NCBI GenBank assembly: GCA_038087875.1
Contig: JAXLNO010000449.1
Coordinates: forward strand, 1 to 34,309
Direction: 5' to 3'
Source: Malacoraja senta
Lineage: Eukaryota
DNA: 34,309 bases
Part shown: in pieces, positions 22,561-34,309 of the stretch
How the letters are laid out: every line of letters starts with the position of its first letter
How positions within the stretch are numbered: position 1 is the stretch's first letter
The notes under the pieces: model-generated
Seen by the model: the letters and a program-made list of their open reading frames with translations, nothing else
What the model was told of the DNA's origin: nothing
Database searches by the model: none
Translations under genes and position numbers: made by a program

Positions 22561-22895
22561 CCCCTCACCCCTCACCTAGTACAACACTCCCCCTACCCCC
22601 CCCCCACCCCACCCACCCGACCAACTCCCTTCATTGGTATCCCGCCCCGTCCCTCCCCTGGTACAACTCTCCCCTTACCCCCCGCCCCCAACTCCCATGG
22701 CACATCACACCACTTCCTACCCTGGTACAACTCTCCCCTACCCCACCCCCTCCGATGGTACAACAGTCCACTCCTTACCACCAAACCTTTTACCTCCCTT
22801 GGCACAACTCTCCCCCTACCCCTCCCCTGGAACAAGTCTGTCCTCGCACCACCCTGCCCTCCCTCTCTCACACAACTCTGCGCACCCCCATCCCT
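22561..22895. repeat. C-rich degenerate minisatellite (~40-bp period, core TGGTACAACTCTCCCC)
   Basis: About 8 diverged recurrences of the core embedded in C tracts. Confidence 0.75.
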
Positions 22896-23077
22896 CTTAC
22901 AGTATACTTTAAGGGTAAAAAAACAAGGAAATTGTGTCATTTCAAGGTATATTTATCAAAAAATTCTCCGCATGAGGAGGGGGGTGCTGCCTATTTTTAC
23001 TGCCACCAGGGGCGCTGCCCCCTGGACCCCCATCACTCTTCCTCTTTATTCAGTTTTTTCCTGTCTCATGCCTGATC

Positions 23078-23203
23078 AGGAGATATGGGGAGAAAGCAGG
23101 AACGGGGTACTGATTCTGGATCATCAGTCCTGATCATATTGAATGGCGGTGCTGGCTTGTAGGGATGAATGGCCTACTCCTGCATCTTTTGTCTATGTTT
23201 CTA
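23078..23203 (+). mobile_element. CR1 3' UTR/tail fragment
   Basis: Matches 3350-3480 (GATCATATTGAATGGCGGTGC...GGCCTACTCCTGCA...TCTATGTTTCTA). Confidence 0.8.
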
Positions 23204-23484
23204 CGTTCTCCCCGTGACCAGCGCGAGTTCCACCCATATCTCCCAGACATGTTGGTTTAATTGCTTGCTGTAATTAACCTGCTGAAGGTGGGTGATCTGT
23301 GAGTCAGTGGGAGTTAATGTGGACGTGAGGGCCATTGTGTTTCTGGGAAACGTGAGGAAATGAGATGAATGGGGTTATTCTAAGGAACAGCATAGATATC
23401 GATGTGCCAAATGGTCACCTTCTACTTAACAACGAAATAAAATACAGTAATATATTAGATCAATATTCACCTTTCATTTAACAG

Positions 23485-23718
23485 GAGAAGTCACAAAGCC
23501 TCGAGTCTCACGTCACATCTCAGTTTGCTGAACTGCACCAGATTCTCGTGAAGAAAGAGCAGCGCATTCTCGGAGAGATCAAGGAGGATGAGGAGAAGAT
23601 TCTAAGTCCAATGGAGAAAAATCTTCAAGACATTCAAGAGAATTTAAACTCTATTGAGGAGGAACTCTCAAATCTGCAGGGACGAATGGAACAAACAGAC
23701 ATCGTGTTATTTCTGAAG
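23485..23718 (+). CDS. TRIM gene C exon 3 (coiled coil, 234 nt)
   Basis: AACAG acceptor, GTCAG donor; EKSQSLESHVTSQFAELHQIL...IVLFLK. Confidence 0.9.
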
Positions 23719-23961
23719 GTCAGGGGTTATGTTTCAATCTTGTTCAATGAAACTGCAGTCACTACATTGGGAGCGATATATTTGCGAAAATGCAACTTTT
23801 ATCAATTCCTATATTTTTCCAACGTCCCTCATACAAACAAGCCCTGCTATCTCATAATTCATACTAGACGAATTAGACCATTCGGCCCATTAAGTCTACT
23901 CCGCCATTCAATCAAGGCTGATCTTGCTCACCCTCTCAACTCCATTCACCTGCCTTCTACC

Positions 23962-24437
23962 CAGGGCGTGATGGTCTGCATCCCAGGGTACTTAAGGAAG
24001 TGGCTCTGGAAATCGTGGGCGCATTGGTGATAATTATCCAATGTTCTATAGTTTCAGGATCAGTTGCTGTGGATAGGAGGGTAGCTCATGTTATCCCACT
24101 TTTTAAGAAAGGAGGGAGAGAGAAAACAGGGAATTATAGACCAGTTAGCCTGACATCAGTTGTGGGAAAGATGCTGGAGTCAATTATAAAATATGAATTA
24201 GCGGCACATTTGGATAGCAGTAACAGGATTGGTCCGAGTCAACATGGATTTACGAAGGGGAAATCATGCTTGACTAATCTTCTGGAATTTTCTGAGGATG
24301 TAACTAGGAAAATGGAGATGGGAGAGCCAGTGGACGTAGTGTACCTGCACTTTCAGAAAGCCTTTAAAGTCCCACATGGGAGATTAGTGAGCAAAATTAG
24401 AGCACATGGTATTGGGGGTAGTGTACTGACATGGACA
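23962..24437 (+). mobile_element. CR1 RT internal fragment
   Basis: ORF 24000-24473 has NYRPVSLTSVVGK, QHGF, VYLHFQKAF. Confidence 0.9.
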
Positions 24438-24787
24438 GTGAATGTGAGTGGAGGGCGAATGAGTGGGAAATAATGGGCATGTGAAATGGAATAGGGTACA
24501 AGGAATTGGATTGTGGGAATAGAAAGGAGGGTAATGCAGATTACTTTCTCAACATTCCAGTAGCTTTCAGTCAGCCCTTGAATTGCTAGGATAATGAAAG
24601 CTACGGATTAAATGCAAGCAAATGGGAGCGGTGTAGGTAGGTACAGTGGCAAGCATGGGCATTGTGGGCTGAAGGGCCTTTGTCTACACTCCATGTCTCG
24701 ATATTGGGTTGCCTATGCGACCTTCCATTTCATGAAGATATGCAGGAGAATGACATAATATATTGATCTTTACCTTTCATCTGACAG

Positions 24788-24877
24788 GATCAGTCACACA
24801 ACAACTTTCAGTCACAGATCACAACCCAGTTTGCTGAACTGCACCAGATTCTCACTAAGAAAGAGCAGCGTTTACTC
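24788..24877 (+). pseudogene. Truncated second TRIM exon-3-like relic
   Basis: Acceptor CTTTCATCTGACAG; DQSHNNFQSQITTQFAELHQILTKKEQRLL; cut off by a PLE-derived repeat at 24878. Confidence 0.8.
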
Positions 24878-24972
24878 GTTCCTTCTCTCCAGAGATGCTG
24901 CCTAAACCCGCTGAGTTACTCCAGCATTTTGTGTCTACCTTTGATTTAAACCAGCATATACAGTTCTTTTCT
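24878..24972. mobile_element. Partial PLE-derived short element
   Basis: TTCCTTCTCTCCAGAGATGCTGCC...GCTGAGTTACTCCAGCATTTTGTGTCTACC matches 10044-10103. Confidence 0.75.
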
Positions 24973-25459
24973 CCACACTTATTCTCTCTCTAGTTGTCCC
25001 TTTGACCTCAGAGGGACCCATTCTCTCCTGAGTTATTCTTTTGCTATTAATATACTTGTTGTATCTCTGGGGATTATCTTGTTTGTCGTGACTCGTGACT
25101 CTGTTTAGTTCTGCTGATTTTCCTTTTAATTTACTCCTGCAAGTTTTTGTACTGCAAAACAAATTGCTTGATGACAGCAACCTGTACCCGACCAGTGCCT
25201 CGCACCCTTTGTGGTTCCCTGATCCTGATACGTGATCTTACGTTACATTACCATCTGCATCGACCAGACCTGTGACCACAAATTCCACATTCTGATCACT
25301 GAATTTCTGACAGGATTTGCTCCAGGCCACTTTGAATTTTACATTTGTGTTTTGGTATCTGCAGAACCGGTGATACATTCTCCATCCGTACCCAATCTAA
25401 TCCATCATTAATCTTAAATTCCTCCAACCAATTATGATTAACAGCTTATTGTTGGGTAA

Positions 25460-25885
25460 CATATGATAAGCGTTTTTCGACACTGGGCCTGTACTCGCTG
25501 GAGTTTAGAAAAATGAGCGGGGACATCATTGAAACTGACCGAAGAGTGAAAGGCTTGGATAGAGTGGATGTGGAGAGGATGTTTCCACTAGTGGGAGAGT
25601 CTAGGACTAGAGGTCATATCCTCAGAATTAAAGGACATTTCTTTAGGAAGGACATGAGGAGGAATTTTAGTCAGAGGGTGGTGACTCTGTGGAATTCTTT
25701 GCCACAGATGGCTCTGGAGGTCGTCAGTGGAGGTTAAGGCAGATATATATAGATTCTTGATTAGTATGGGTGTCTGAGGTTATGTGGAGAAGGCAGGAGA
25801 ATGGGGTTAGGAGGGAGAGGTAGGTCAGCCATGATTGAATAGTGGAGTAGTCATGATGGGCTGAATGGTCTAATTCTGCTCCTAT
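25460..25885 (+). mobile_element. CR1 3' end fragment
   Basis: KGLDRVDVERMFPLVGESRTRGH...WNSLPQ followed by a CR1 3' UTR. Confidence 0.85.
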
Positions 25886-26358
25886 CACTTATGACCATAT
25901 GACATTATTCAGCAGAAAATTCACAACACGTCCAGACTTTCCTTTTTTTTAAATTTCAAAATACTTTAATCAGGTAATAAATATATACAATACATGAACC
26001 GTGCAAAAAAAATGCATCCGACATTTTCGGAGGCGATACCAATTATTTAATACAGTCTACATACATTGCTCAAATCTCATTAATTTATCCCCCATCCTTG
26101 CCACTCATGTGGCCCACTGGTGTGGGATCCCTTCCCTTATTTTGAGGGGCGTCTCCACCACATCCTGCACATTGCCTCCTCTGAGATATAGCATAATTTT
26201 CACAAACATTTAACAACCCTCCTGCATTGGTGCCATCAATGTAATGTCTTCTGTGTGTCAACGTGAGCGCGAGTCAGAAAATTATTATTTTCAACTATGT
26301 GAAATAACTTGAGTGAACTTGTTCTTCCCTCAGTCAATTTCTGCTTTATTTATTTCAG

Positions 26359-26381
26359 GAGGAAGCTGGTCACAAGAAGAG
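26359..26381 (+). CDS. TRIM gene C exon 4 (23 nt)
   Basis: TTTCAG acceptor, GTAGG donor; homologous to 7224-7246. Confidence 0.85.
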
Positions 26382-26476
26382 GTAGGACATGCTCTTCAGT
26401 TAAACTCTGCACGGATCTGTAAAGTCACATAAACATGTCGACGCACAGGTTATAATCGGTTATTTAATATTCGCAG

Positions 26477-26595
26477 AATTAGTGATGAATCCCAGACTTT
26501 GTCACTGAGAGATGGTGCCATACTGGATGAAAGATTCCATCACCCCTTCTGGTTGAACACAGTGTTGAAAGATATCGTTGTTGCGAATCACCAAG
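26477..26595 (+). CDS. TRIM gene C exon 5 (119 nt)
   Basis: CGCAG acceptor, GTAAA donor; ISDESQTLSLRDGAILDERFHHPFWLNTVLKDIVVANHQ, homologous to 7344-7462. Confidence 0.85.
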
Positions 26596-27599
26596 GTAAA
26601 ACATATGGATTCCTTGCTTCTTATGTGGGTGACATATTTAAGTTGTAAATCGATGCAAAGATTGACCGTAATGATGAACTGTAGGGGAACTAAAGTTTTA
26701 TACCAGCACCAATCTCACCTGATGGGAAGCTTCACAGTCAAGTGGTCAGCTGGAGATGTCAGAACCCTGAACACATCCAACACAGGAGCACAATACAACC
26801 AAGACACAGACTGCCAGATTAACTAAAACACCTTAACCCCATCTGCACCGCAGAAACACGCCACAATATGAGTTTAGATTCCACCAGTTAGCCAAGACTT
26901 AATTAAATCAGAGATTTTGAAAACTGGTGGGAATTTGATGACCAGTATTGTCATAAAAACACACGGGGTTCCATCAGAGAAGGATATATGTGCCGCTGAA
27001 CCTGCTTGTCCTGTCACTGACCACTGCCTTTGGTTAACTCAGGTCTGCCCCCTGCTGGAGTTATGACATCATTGTTATTAACTAGCCACCATGTTGAAGC
27101 ATGGTCAGATCGGGGGAGTTTAACCCGCCACGGGTACCATGTAATCCCATGCTACCTGCCCCATGGTCCTATAGTCGGCGACTAAACCGTCCCCCACCTG
27201 GTTTGCTAGGCGAGGAGGGGGCTGTGGACCCCAGCTGGTCCAAATACAAATACAAAGGGCGGATGAGCTTCTAGTGAGCCCACGGCCATCCACACTTCAG
27301 TAGAAGTTGCGATCACTGTCGTACATAGCATTGTAAGGAGTGAAGACAAATATGAAAGGAAATTCTTCCCTCTCCTTGCTTTTCAAAAGAGAAGTTAATT
27401 AAAAAAATAATGAATTAGTCATGGAGTCGCGTCAGACAAACTAGCATTGACCTCAGCCAGGAGTTTTGTCTCGGACGAAAACACCCAGTTACTTATTCAA
27501 TTGATTTTAAATGGATTTATCTAAATCTAGTTAAAACTAGTCCCAAAAAGTTTATCTGCGAGTCTAATTGGTAGTAAAGAAAGCAAACTCAAGAGAGCT

Positions 27600-27950
27600 T
27601 GTGTACAAAACAGGGATGTAATGTTGAGGCTCTATAGGGCTAGAGGTCATAGCCTCAGATTTAACGGACTTTCTTTTAGGAAGGAGATGATGAGAAAGTT
27701 AATTTCGTCAGCGGCTGGTGAATCTGTGTGAATTCTTTGTCACAATAAACTGTGGAGTCCAAGTCAGTGGATATTTTTAAGGCAGAGATAGATAGATTCT
27801 TGATTAGTACGGGAGTCAGCAGTTTTGGGGAGAAGGCAGGAGAATGGTTTAGGAGGGAGAGTTAGGTCAGCCATTATAGAATGGCGGAGTGGACTTGATG
27901 GGCCGACCGGCCTAATTTTACTGCTATCACTTATGATATTATGATCTTAA
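27600..27950 (+). mobile_element. Degenerate CR1 3' fragment
   Basis: Similar to 25600-25885 (AGAGGTCATAGCCTCAGA...GGAGAAGGCAGGAGAATGG). Confidence 0.75.
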
Positions 27951-28287
27951 GTATTGAAATGTGGTATCAATGTGCTGACCAGGATTGTTATCAAAATTTA
28001 TGGGCAATCTTCAGAGAAAGAAATCTGTGCCATAACTCTCTCTGACTTGTCAGTGACTGAAGTTTCTGGTGAATCAGTGTTGGCCCTGTTGGAATCGCGA
28101 GGTTCACTGTTATTAACTGTCTATCATGTTGAGGCATTGCTTGAATTAGATTCGTCAGGGAAACTATCATTCACCTCAGTCAAGGCTTTTTCTCGGTGGA
28201 ATACGCCCAGCTATTTGTCCAGGCAAAGATCCTCTTACGCACATACACCTGGAAAATTGAGATCTTGTGCCGAATTTCTCACTGTAG

Positions 28288-28393
28288 TGCAGCTGCTGGT
28301 TTAAATCGAAGGTAGACAACAAATGCTGTAGTAAGTTAGCGGGACAGGCAGAGAAGGAATGGGTGATGTTTCGATCGAGACCCTACTTCAGAC
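28288..28393 (-). mobile_element. Degenerate PLE-derived short element with mutated hammerhead core
   Basis: Minus strand CTGAAGTAGGGTCTCGATCGAAACATCACCC. Confidence 0.7.
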
Positions 28394-28884
28394 TCAATGA
28401 ATCAATTAATCCGATTCCAACCCGATGAATCTCCTCTGTTCCCTCTCCAGCATAAACACATCCTTCCTTGAGCGTGTCGACCTGCACACAATACACCAAG
28501 TGAGGCTGACCAGCCTTGATAGCCTTACACGTGACCCAGAGCACCAACAATTTCCATGTCAGTACAAATGTACTTCGCATGCCGACGGCACGGAAAGTGG
28601 TCGTTAATATATATCATAACCACCAACAAGCCCAGGACAGATCCCTGCTGAAGACCACTGCGAACAGATAACCACTACAATTCCATACCTTTCAATCACA
28701 AAACTATCCTGATGCTAATACCCTCTGCCTCCTTAAACCAAGTCAATCTTGGATCCAATTATCCAGGTCATATGTCTTCACTTTCGCCACTCGCCCACCA
28801 TGAGGGAACATGTCCAATGCCCCACGAAAGCCCATATATTGTTTTAGCCTGAGTTGAATGAATTCATGGTTACAGGTCCAGGAT

Positions 28885-30610
28885 CAATAGACAATAATCA
28901 ATAGACAATAGGTGCAGGAGTAGGCCATTCGGCCCTTCGAGCCCTTCGATGTGATCATGGCTGATCATCCCCAATCAGTACCCCGTTCCTGCCTTCTCCT
29001 CATATCCCCTGACTCTGCTATTTTTAAGAGCCCTATCTAGCCATCTCTTGAAATCATCCAGAGAATCGGCCTCCACCGCCCTCTGAGGCAGAGAATTCCA
29101 CAGACTCACCACTCTCTGTGAGAAAAAGTGTTTCCTCGTCTCGGTTCTAAATGGCTTACTCCTTATTCTTAAACTGTGGCCCCTGGAACTGGACTCTCTC
29201 AACATCGGGAATATGTTTCCTGCCTCTACCATGTCCAAACCCTTAACAATCTTATATGTTTCAATGAGATCCCCACTCATCCTTTTAAACTGCAGAGTGT
29301 ACAAGCCCAGCCGCTCCATTCTCGCAGCATATGACAGACCGGCCATCCCGGGAATTAACCTTGTAAACGTACGCTGCACTCCCTCAATAGCAACAATGCC
29401 CTTCCTCAAATTAGAGAACCAAAACTGCACACAATACTCCAAGTGTAGTCTCACTAGGGCTCTGTACAACTGCAGAAGGACCTCTTTGCTCCTCTATTCG
29501 ATTATTTTTGTTATAAAGGCCAACATGCCATTCGCTTTCTTCACTGCCTGCTGTACCTGCATGCTTACTTTCATACACTGATGTAGAAGGAACCCCAGAT
29601 CCCGTTGTACTTCCCCTTTTCCCAACTTGACGCCATTTAGATAGTAATCTGCCTTCCTGTTTTTGCTACCAAAGTGGATAACCTCACATTTATCCGCATT
29701 AAACTTCATCTGCCACGCTTCTGCCCACTCCCCCAACCTGTCCAAGTCACCCTGAATTCTCATAGCATCCTCCTCACAGTTCACACTGCCACCCAGCTTG
29801 GTGTCATCTGCAAATTTGCTAATGTTACTTTGAATCCCTTCATCCAAATCATTGATGTATATTGTAAATAGCTGCGGTCCCAGCACCGAGCCTTGCGGTG
29901 CCCCACTAGTCACTGCCTGCCATTCTGAAAGGGAGCCGTTAATCCCTACTCCTTGTTTCATGTCTGCCAACCACTTCTCTATGTCAGCACTATACCTCCA
30001 ATACCATGTGCCCTAATTTTGACCACTAATCTCCTATGTGGGACCTTATCAAATGCTTTCTGAAAGTCCAGGTACACTACATCCACTGGCTCTCCCTTGT
30101 CCATTTTCCTAGTTACATCTTCAAAAAATTCCAGAAGATTAGTCAAACATGATTTCCCCTTCCCTAAATCCATGCTGACTCGGACCGATCCTGTTACTGC
30201 TATCCAAAAGTTTGGCTATCTGATCTTTTATAATTGACTCCAGCATCTTCCCCACCACCGATGTCAGGCTAACTGGTCTATAATTCCCTGTTTTCTCTCT
30301 CACGCCTTTCTTAAATAGTGGGATAACATTAGCTACCCTCCAATCCACAGAAACTGATTCTGAGTCTATAGAACATTGGAAAATTATCACCAATGCGTCC
30401 ACAATTTCTATAGCCACTTCCTCAAGTATCCTGGGATGCAGACCATCAGGCCCTGGGGATTCATCAGCCTTCAGTCCCATCAGTCTATCTAACAACATTT
30501 CCTGCCTAATGTGGATTTCCTTCAATTCCTCCATCACCCCAGATCCTCTGGCCACTACTATATCAGGAAGATTGTTTGTGTCCTCCTTATTGAAGACAGA
30601 TCCAAAGTAC
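28885..30610 (-). mobile_element. CR1 LINE 3' half (RT), antisense, interrupted at about 30610
   Basis: Minus ORFs with [28 protein letters not shown]; (CAATAGA)n-type tail at 28885-28910. Confidence 0.93.
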
Positions 30611-33600
30611 CATATAACCATAACAGCACGGAAACAGGCCATCTCGGCCCTTCAAGTCCGTGCCGAACACTTTTTAAAAATATTTTTTACTTTTTTTTAA
30701 TTTACTTCCCCCTAGTCCCATCTACCTGCACTCAGACCATAACCCTCCATTCCTTTCCCGTCCATATACCCATCCAATCTATTTTTAAAGGATAACATCG
30801 AACCTGCCTCCACCACTTCCAGACAGCTACCACTCTCTGAGTAAAGAAGTTCCCCCTAATGTTACCCCTAAACTTCTGTCCCTTAATTCTCAAGTCATGT
30901 CCCCTTGTTTGAATCTTCCCTACTCTCAATGGGAAAAGCTTGTCCACGTCCACTCTGTCTAACCCGCTCATAATTTTAAAGACCTCTATCAAGTCCCCTC
31001 TTAACCTTCTGCGCTCCAAAGAATAAAGACCTAACTTGTTCAACCTTTCTCTGTAACTTAGTTGCTGAAACCCAGGCAACATTCTAGTAAATCTCCTCTG
31101 TACTCTCTCTATTTTGTTGACATCCTTCCTATAATTAGGCGACCAAAATTGCACTCCATACTCCAGAATTGGCCTCACCAATGCCTTGTACAATTTTAAC
31201 ATTACATCCCAACTTCTATATTCTTGCTCTGATTTATAAAGGCCAGCACACCAAAAGCTTTCTTTACCACCCTATCTACATGAGATTCCACCTTCAGGGA
31301 ACTATGCACAGTTATTCCTAGATCCCTCTGTTCAACTGCATTCCTCAATTCGCTACCATTTACCATGTACGTCCTATTTTGATTTGTCCTGCCGAGATGT
31401 AGCACCTCACATTTGTCAGCATTAAACTCCATCTGCCATCTTTCAGCCCACTCTTCCAAATGGCCTAAATCTCTCTGTAGACTTTGAAAATCTTCTTCAT
31501 TATCCACAACACCACCTATCTTAGTATCATCTGCATACTTACTAATCCAATTTTCCACACCATCATCCAGATCATTGATGTACATGACAAACAACAGTGG
31601 ACCCAACACAGACCCCTGAGGCACCCCACTAGTCACCGGCCTCCAGCCTGACAAACAGCCATCCACCATTACTCTCTGGCATCTCCCACTCAGCCACTGT
31701 TGAATCCATCTTGCTACTCCACCATTAATACCCAACAATTGAATCTTCTTAACCAACCTTCCATGAGGAACCTTGTCAAAGGCCTTACTGAAGTCCATAT
31801 AGACAACATCCACTGCTTTACCCTCATCAATTTCCCTAGTAACCTCTTCGAAAAATTCTAGAAGATTATTCAAGCATGACCTTCCAGGCACAAATCCATG
31901 TTGACTGTTCCTAATCAGACCCTGCTAATCCAGATGCTTATATATATTATTTTAAAGTATCCTTTCCATTAATTTGCCCACCACTGACGTCAAACTAACA
32001 GGTCTATAATTGCTAGGTTTACTCTTAGAACCCTTTTTAAACAACGGGACAACATGCGCAGTACGCAAATCCTCCGGCGCTATTCCCGTTTCTAATGACA
32101 TTTGAAATATTTCTGTCAGCCCCTGCTATTTCTACACTAACTTCCCTCGATGTCCTAGGGAATATCCTGTCAGGCCCTGGAGACTTATCCGTTTTCATAT
32201 TTTTCAAAAGTGTCCGCACCTCCTCTTCTTTGAATCTCACAGTTTCCATTGCCAGTCTGCTTGTTTCCTTTACCTCACATAATTCCATATCCTTCTCCTT
32301 GGTGAATACCGAAGAAAAGAAATTGTCCAATATCTCCCCCATCTCTTTTGGCTCTGCAGATAGCTGTCCACTCTGACTCTCTAATGGACCAATTTTATTC
32401 CTTGTTATCCTTGTGCTATTAATATAGCTGTAGAAACCCTTTGGATTTACTTTCACCTTACTTGCCAAAGCAACCTCATATCTTCTTTTAGCTTTTCTAA
32501 TTTCTTTCTTAAGATTCTTTTTACATTCTTTATACTCCTCAAGCACCTCATTTACTCCATGCTGCCTATAATTATTGTAGATCTCTCTCTTTTTCCGAAC
32601 CAAGTGTCCAATTTCCCTTGAAAACCATGGCTCTTTCCAATTTTTACTATTTCCTTTCAACCGAACAGGACATAAAGATTCTGTACTCTTAAAATTTCAC
32701 CCTTAAATGTCCTCCATTTTTCTTCTACATCCTTCCCATAAAATAACATGTCCCAATTCACTCCTTTTAAATCCTTTCGCATCTCCTCAAAGTTAGCCTT
32801 TCTCCAAACAAAAATCTCAACCTTTTACAGAATGTGTTTCCCAGTCTATGTGTGGAAAATTGAAATCTCCCACAATCACTACCTTGTGCTTACTACTAAT
32901 ATCTGCTATCTCCTTACATATTTGCTCTTCCAATTCTCGCTCCCCATTTGGCGGTCTATAATACACCCCTATAAGTGTTGCTACGCCTTTCCCATTTCTC
33001 AGTTCCACCCAAATAGCCTCCCTAGACGAGCCCTCTAATCTATCCTGCCAAAGCACTGCTGTAATATCTTCCTTGACAAGCAATGCAACACCCCCACCTC
33101 TTGCCCCTCCAATTCTATCACCCCTGAAGCAACGAAATCCTGGAATATGTATTTGCCAATCACAGCCCTCCTGCAACCATGTTTCACTGATCGCCACAAC
33201 ATCATACTTCCAAGTGTCAATCCAGGCTCTAAGCTCATCCACCTTTCTTACAATGCTCCTAGCATTAAAATACACACATTTAAGAAACCCACCACCACTT
33301 ATTCTCTGTTTATTATCTTTTTCTTCTTTCTCCCCTACATTTTGGGTCCGAGTGCTTCCCTTCTCTGCCTCCTGCCTCACACATTTTCCACTAGCTTTCT
33401 CTATTTGAGTCCCTCCCCCCAACCGTTCTAGTTTAAAGTCTCCCCAGTAGCCTTTGCAAATCTCCCCGCCAGGATATGGTCCCCCTTGGGTTCAAGTGCA
33501 ACCCGTCCTTTCTGTACAGGTCACACCTTCCCCAAAAGAGGTCCCAATGATCCAGAAATTTGAATCCCTGCCCGCTGCACCAGTTCCTCAGCCATGCATT

Positions 33601-34309
33601 TATCCTCCACCTCACTCCATTCCTACTCTCACCATCGCGTGGCACAGGTAGTAATCCTGAGATTGTTACCTTTGTAGTCCTTCTCCTTAACTCTCCTCCC
33701 AACTCCCTAAATTCTCCTTTCAAGACCTCTTCTCTTTTTCTACCTATATCATTGGTACCTATATGTACCACAACCTCAGGCTTCTCTCCCTCCGATTTCA
33801 GGATATCTTGGACGCGTTCAGACACATCCCTGACCCTGGCACCAGGGAGACAAACTACCATCTGGGTCTCCTGACTGCGTCCACAGAATCGCCTATCTGA
33901 CCCGCTAACCATAGAGTCCCCTATTACTATTGCCCTCCTCTTCTTTTCCCTACCCTTCTGAGCAATAGGGCTGGTCTCTGTGCCGGAGGCCCGGCCGCTG
34001 TTGCTACCCCCAGGAAGGCTGTCCCCCCCAACAGTACTCAAACAGGAGTACTTATTTTCAAGGTGTACAGCCACCGGGGTACTCACTAGTCCCTGCCTCT
34101 GCCCCTTGCCCTTCCTAACCGTGACCCACTTGTCTGCCTCCTGTGGTCTTGGAGTGGCCACCTCCCTATAACTCTTTTCTATGACCTCCTCACTCTCCCT
34201 GATCAGACAGAGGTCATAGAGTTGCTGCTCCAGGTTCCTAGCACGGTCCCTTAGGAACCCCATCTCTACGCACCTGACACAGATGTGAACGTCTGGAGGG
34301 GTATCAGAC
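30611..34309 (-). mobile_element. Near full-length CR1 LINE (family X): ORF1 SGNH esterase + disrupted ORF2, nested insertion
   Basis: ORF1 IGDS, VVVHIGTND, DGLHLN; ORF2 YFNARSI, YYRPP, VGDFN, YMDFSKAFD, YADD; CATAAC-repeat tail at 30611-30624; internal deletion near 32822. Confidence 0.95.

Larger units (their letters stand above)
22465..23290 (+). mobile_element. V-SINE split by a composite insertion (about 22561-23203)
   Basis: B-box GGTTCGACCC near 22516; the V-domain stops near 22560 and resumes as CGTTCTCCCCGTGACC at 23204. Confidence 0.55.

Noticed and set aside
22561..22895. Repeat-spacer look resembling a CRISPR array
   Set aside because: Degenerate low-complexity units, vertebrate intron, no cas genes
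22429..23133. Pro-rich 234-aa and 172-aa ORFs
   Set aside because: Result from the C-rich minisatellite inside an intron
25940..26170. Possible antisense L1/Tx1-type 3' end with T-tract
   Set aside because: No coding motif or TSD recognisable; cannot be assigned without a repeat library search

Overview
Eukaryotic, repeat-rich DNA, most likely a cartilaginous fish (skate/ray-like; inferred from the CR1, V-SINE and Penelope repeat families and the TRIM exon style). The window is part of a plus-strand cluster of class IV-type TRIM genes (RING, B-box, coiled coil, PRY-SPRY/B30.2). A ~9.5 kb head-to-tail tandem duplication (about 2195-11697 and 11696-21193, offset 9501) carries two almost identical TRIM pseudogenes. 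Each has a +1 frameshift/stop in exon 1, a 5-bp deletion in exon 2 and a probable 6-codon deletion in PRY. A third, divergent TRIM (ATG 21809) has five intact coding exons; its B30.2 exon is not in the window, and the following intron is filled with nested antisense CR1 LINEs. The rest is CR1 LINEs (SGNH-esterase ORF1, APE+RT ORF2), Penelope-like GIY-YIG fragments, V-SINEs and simple repeats. The most unusual signals are short fold-back Penelope-derived inserts with target-site duplications and hammerhead-ribozyme cores, a candidate HDV-like ribozyme fold at about 27099-27200, a cryptic relic of TRIM exon 3, and a patchy identity profile across the duplication. I found no clear evidence of a wholly new biological system; these are leads to test.
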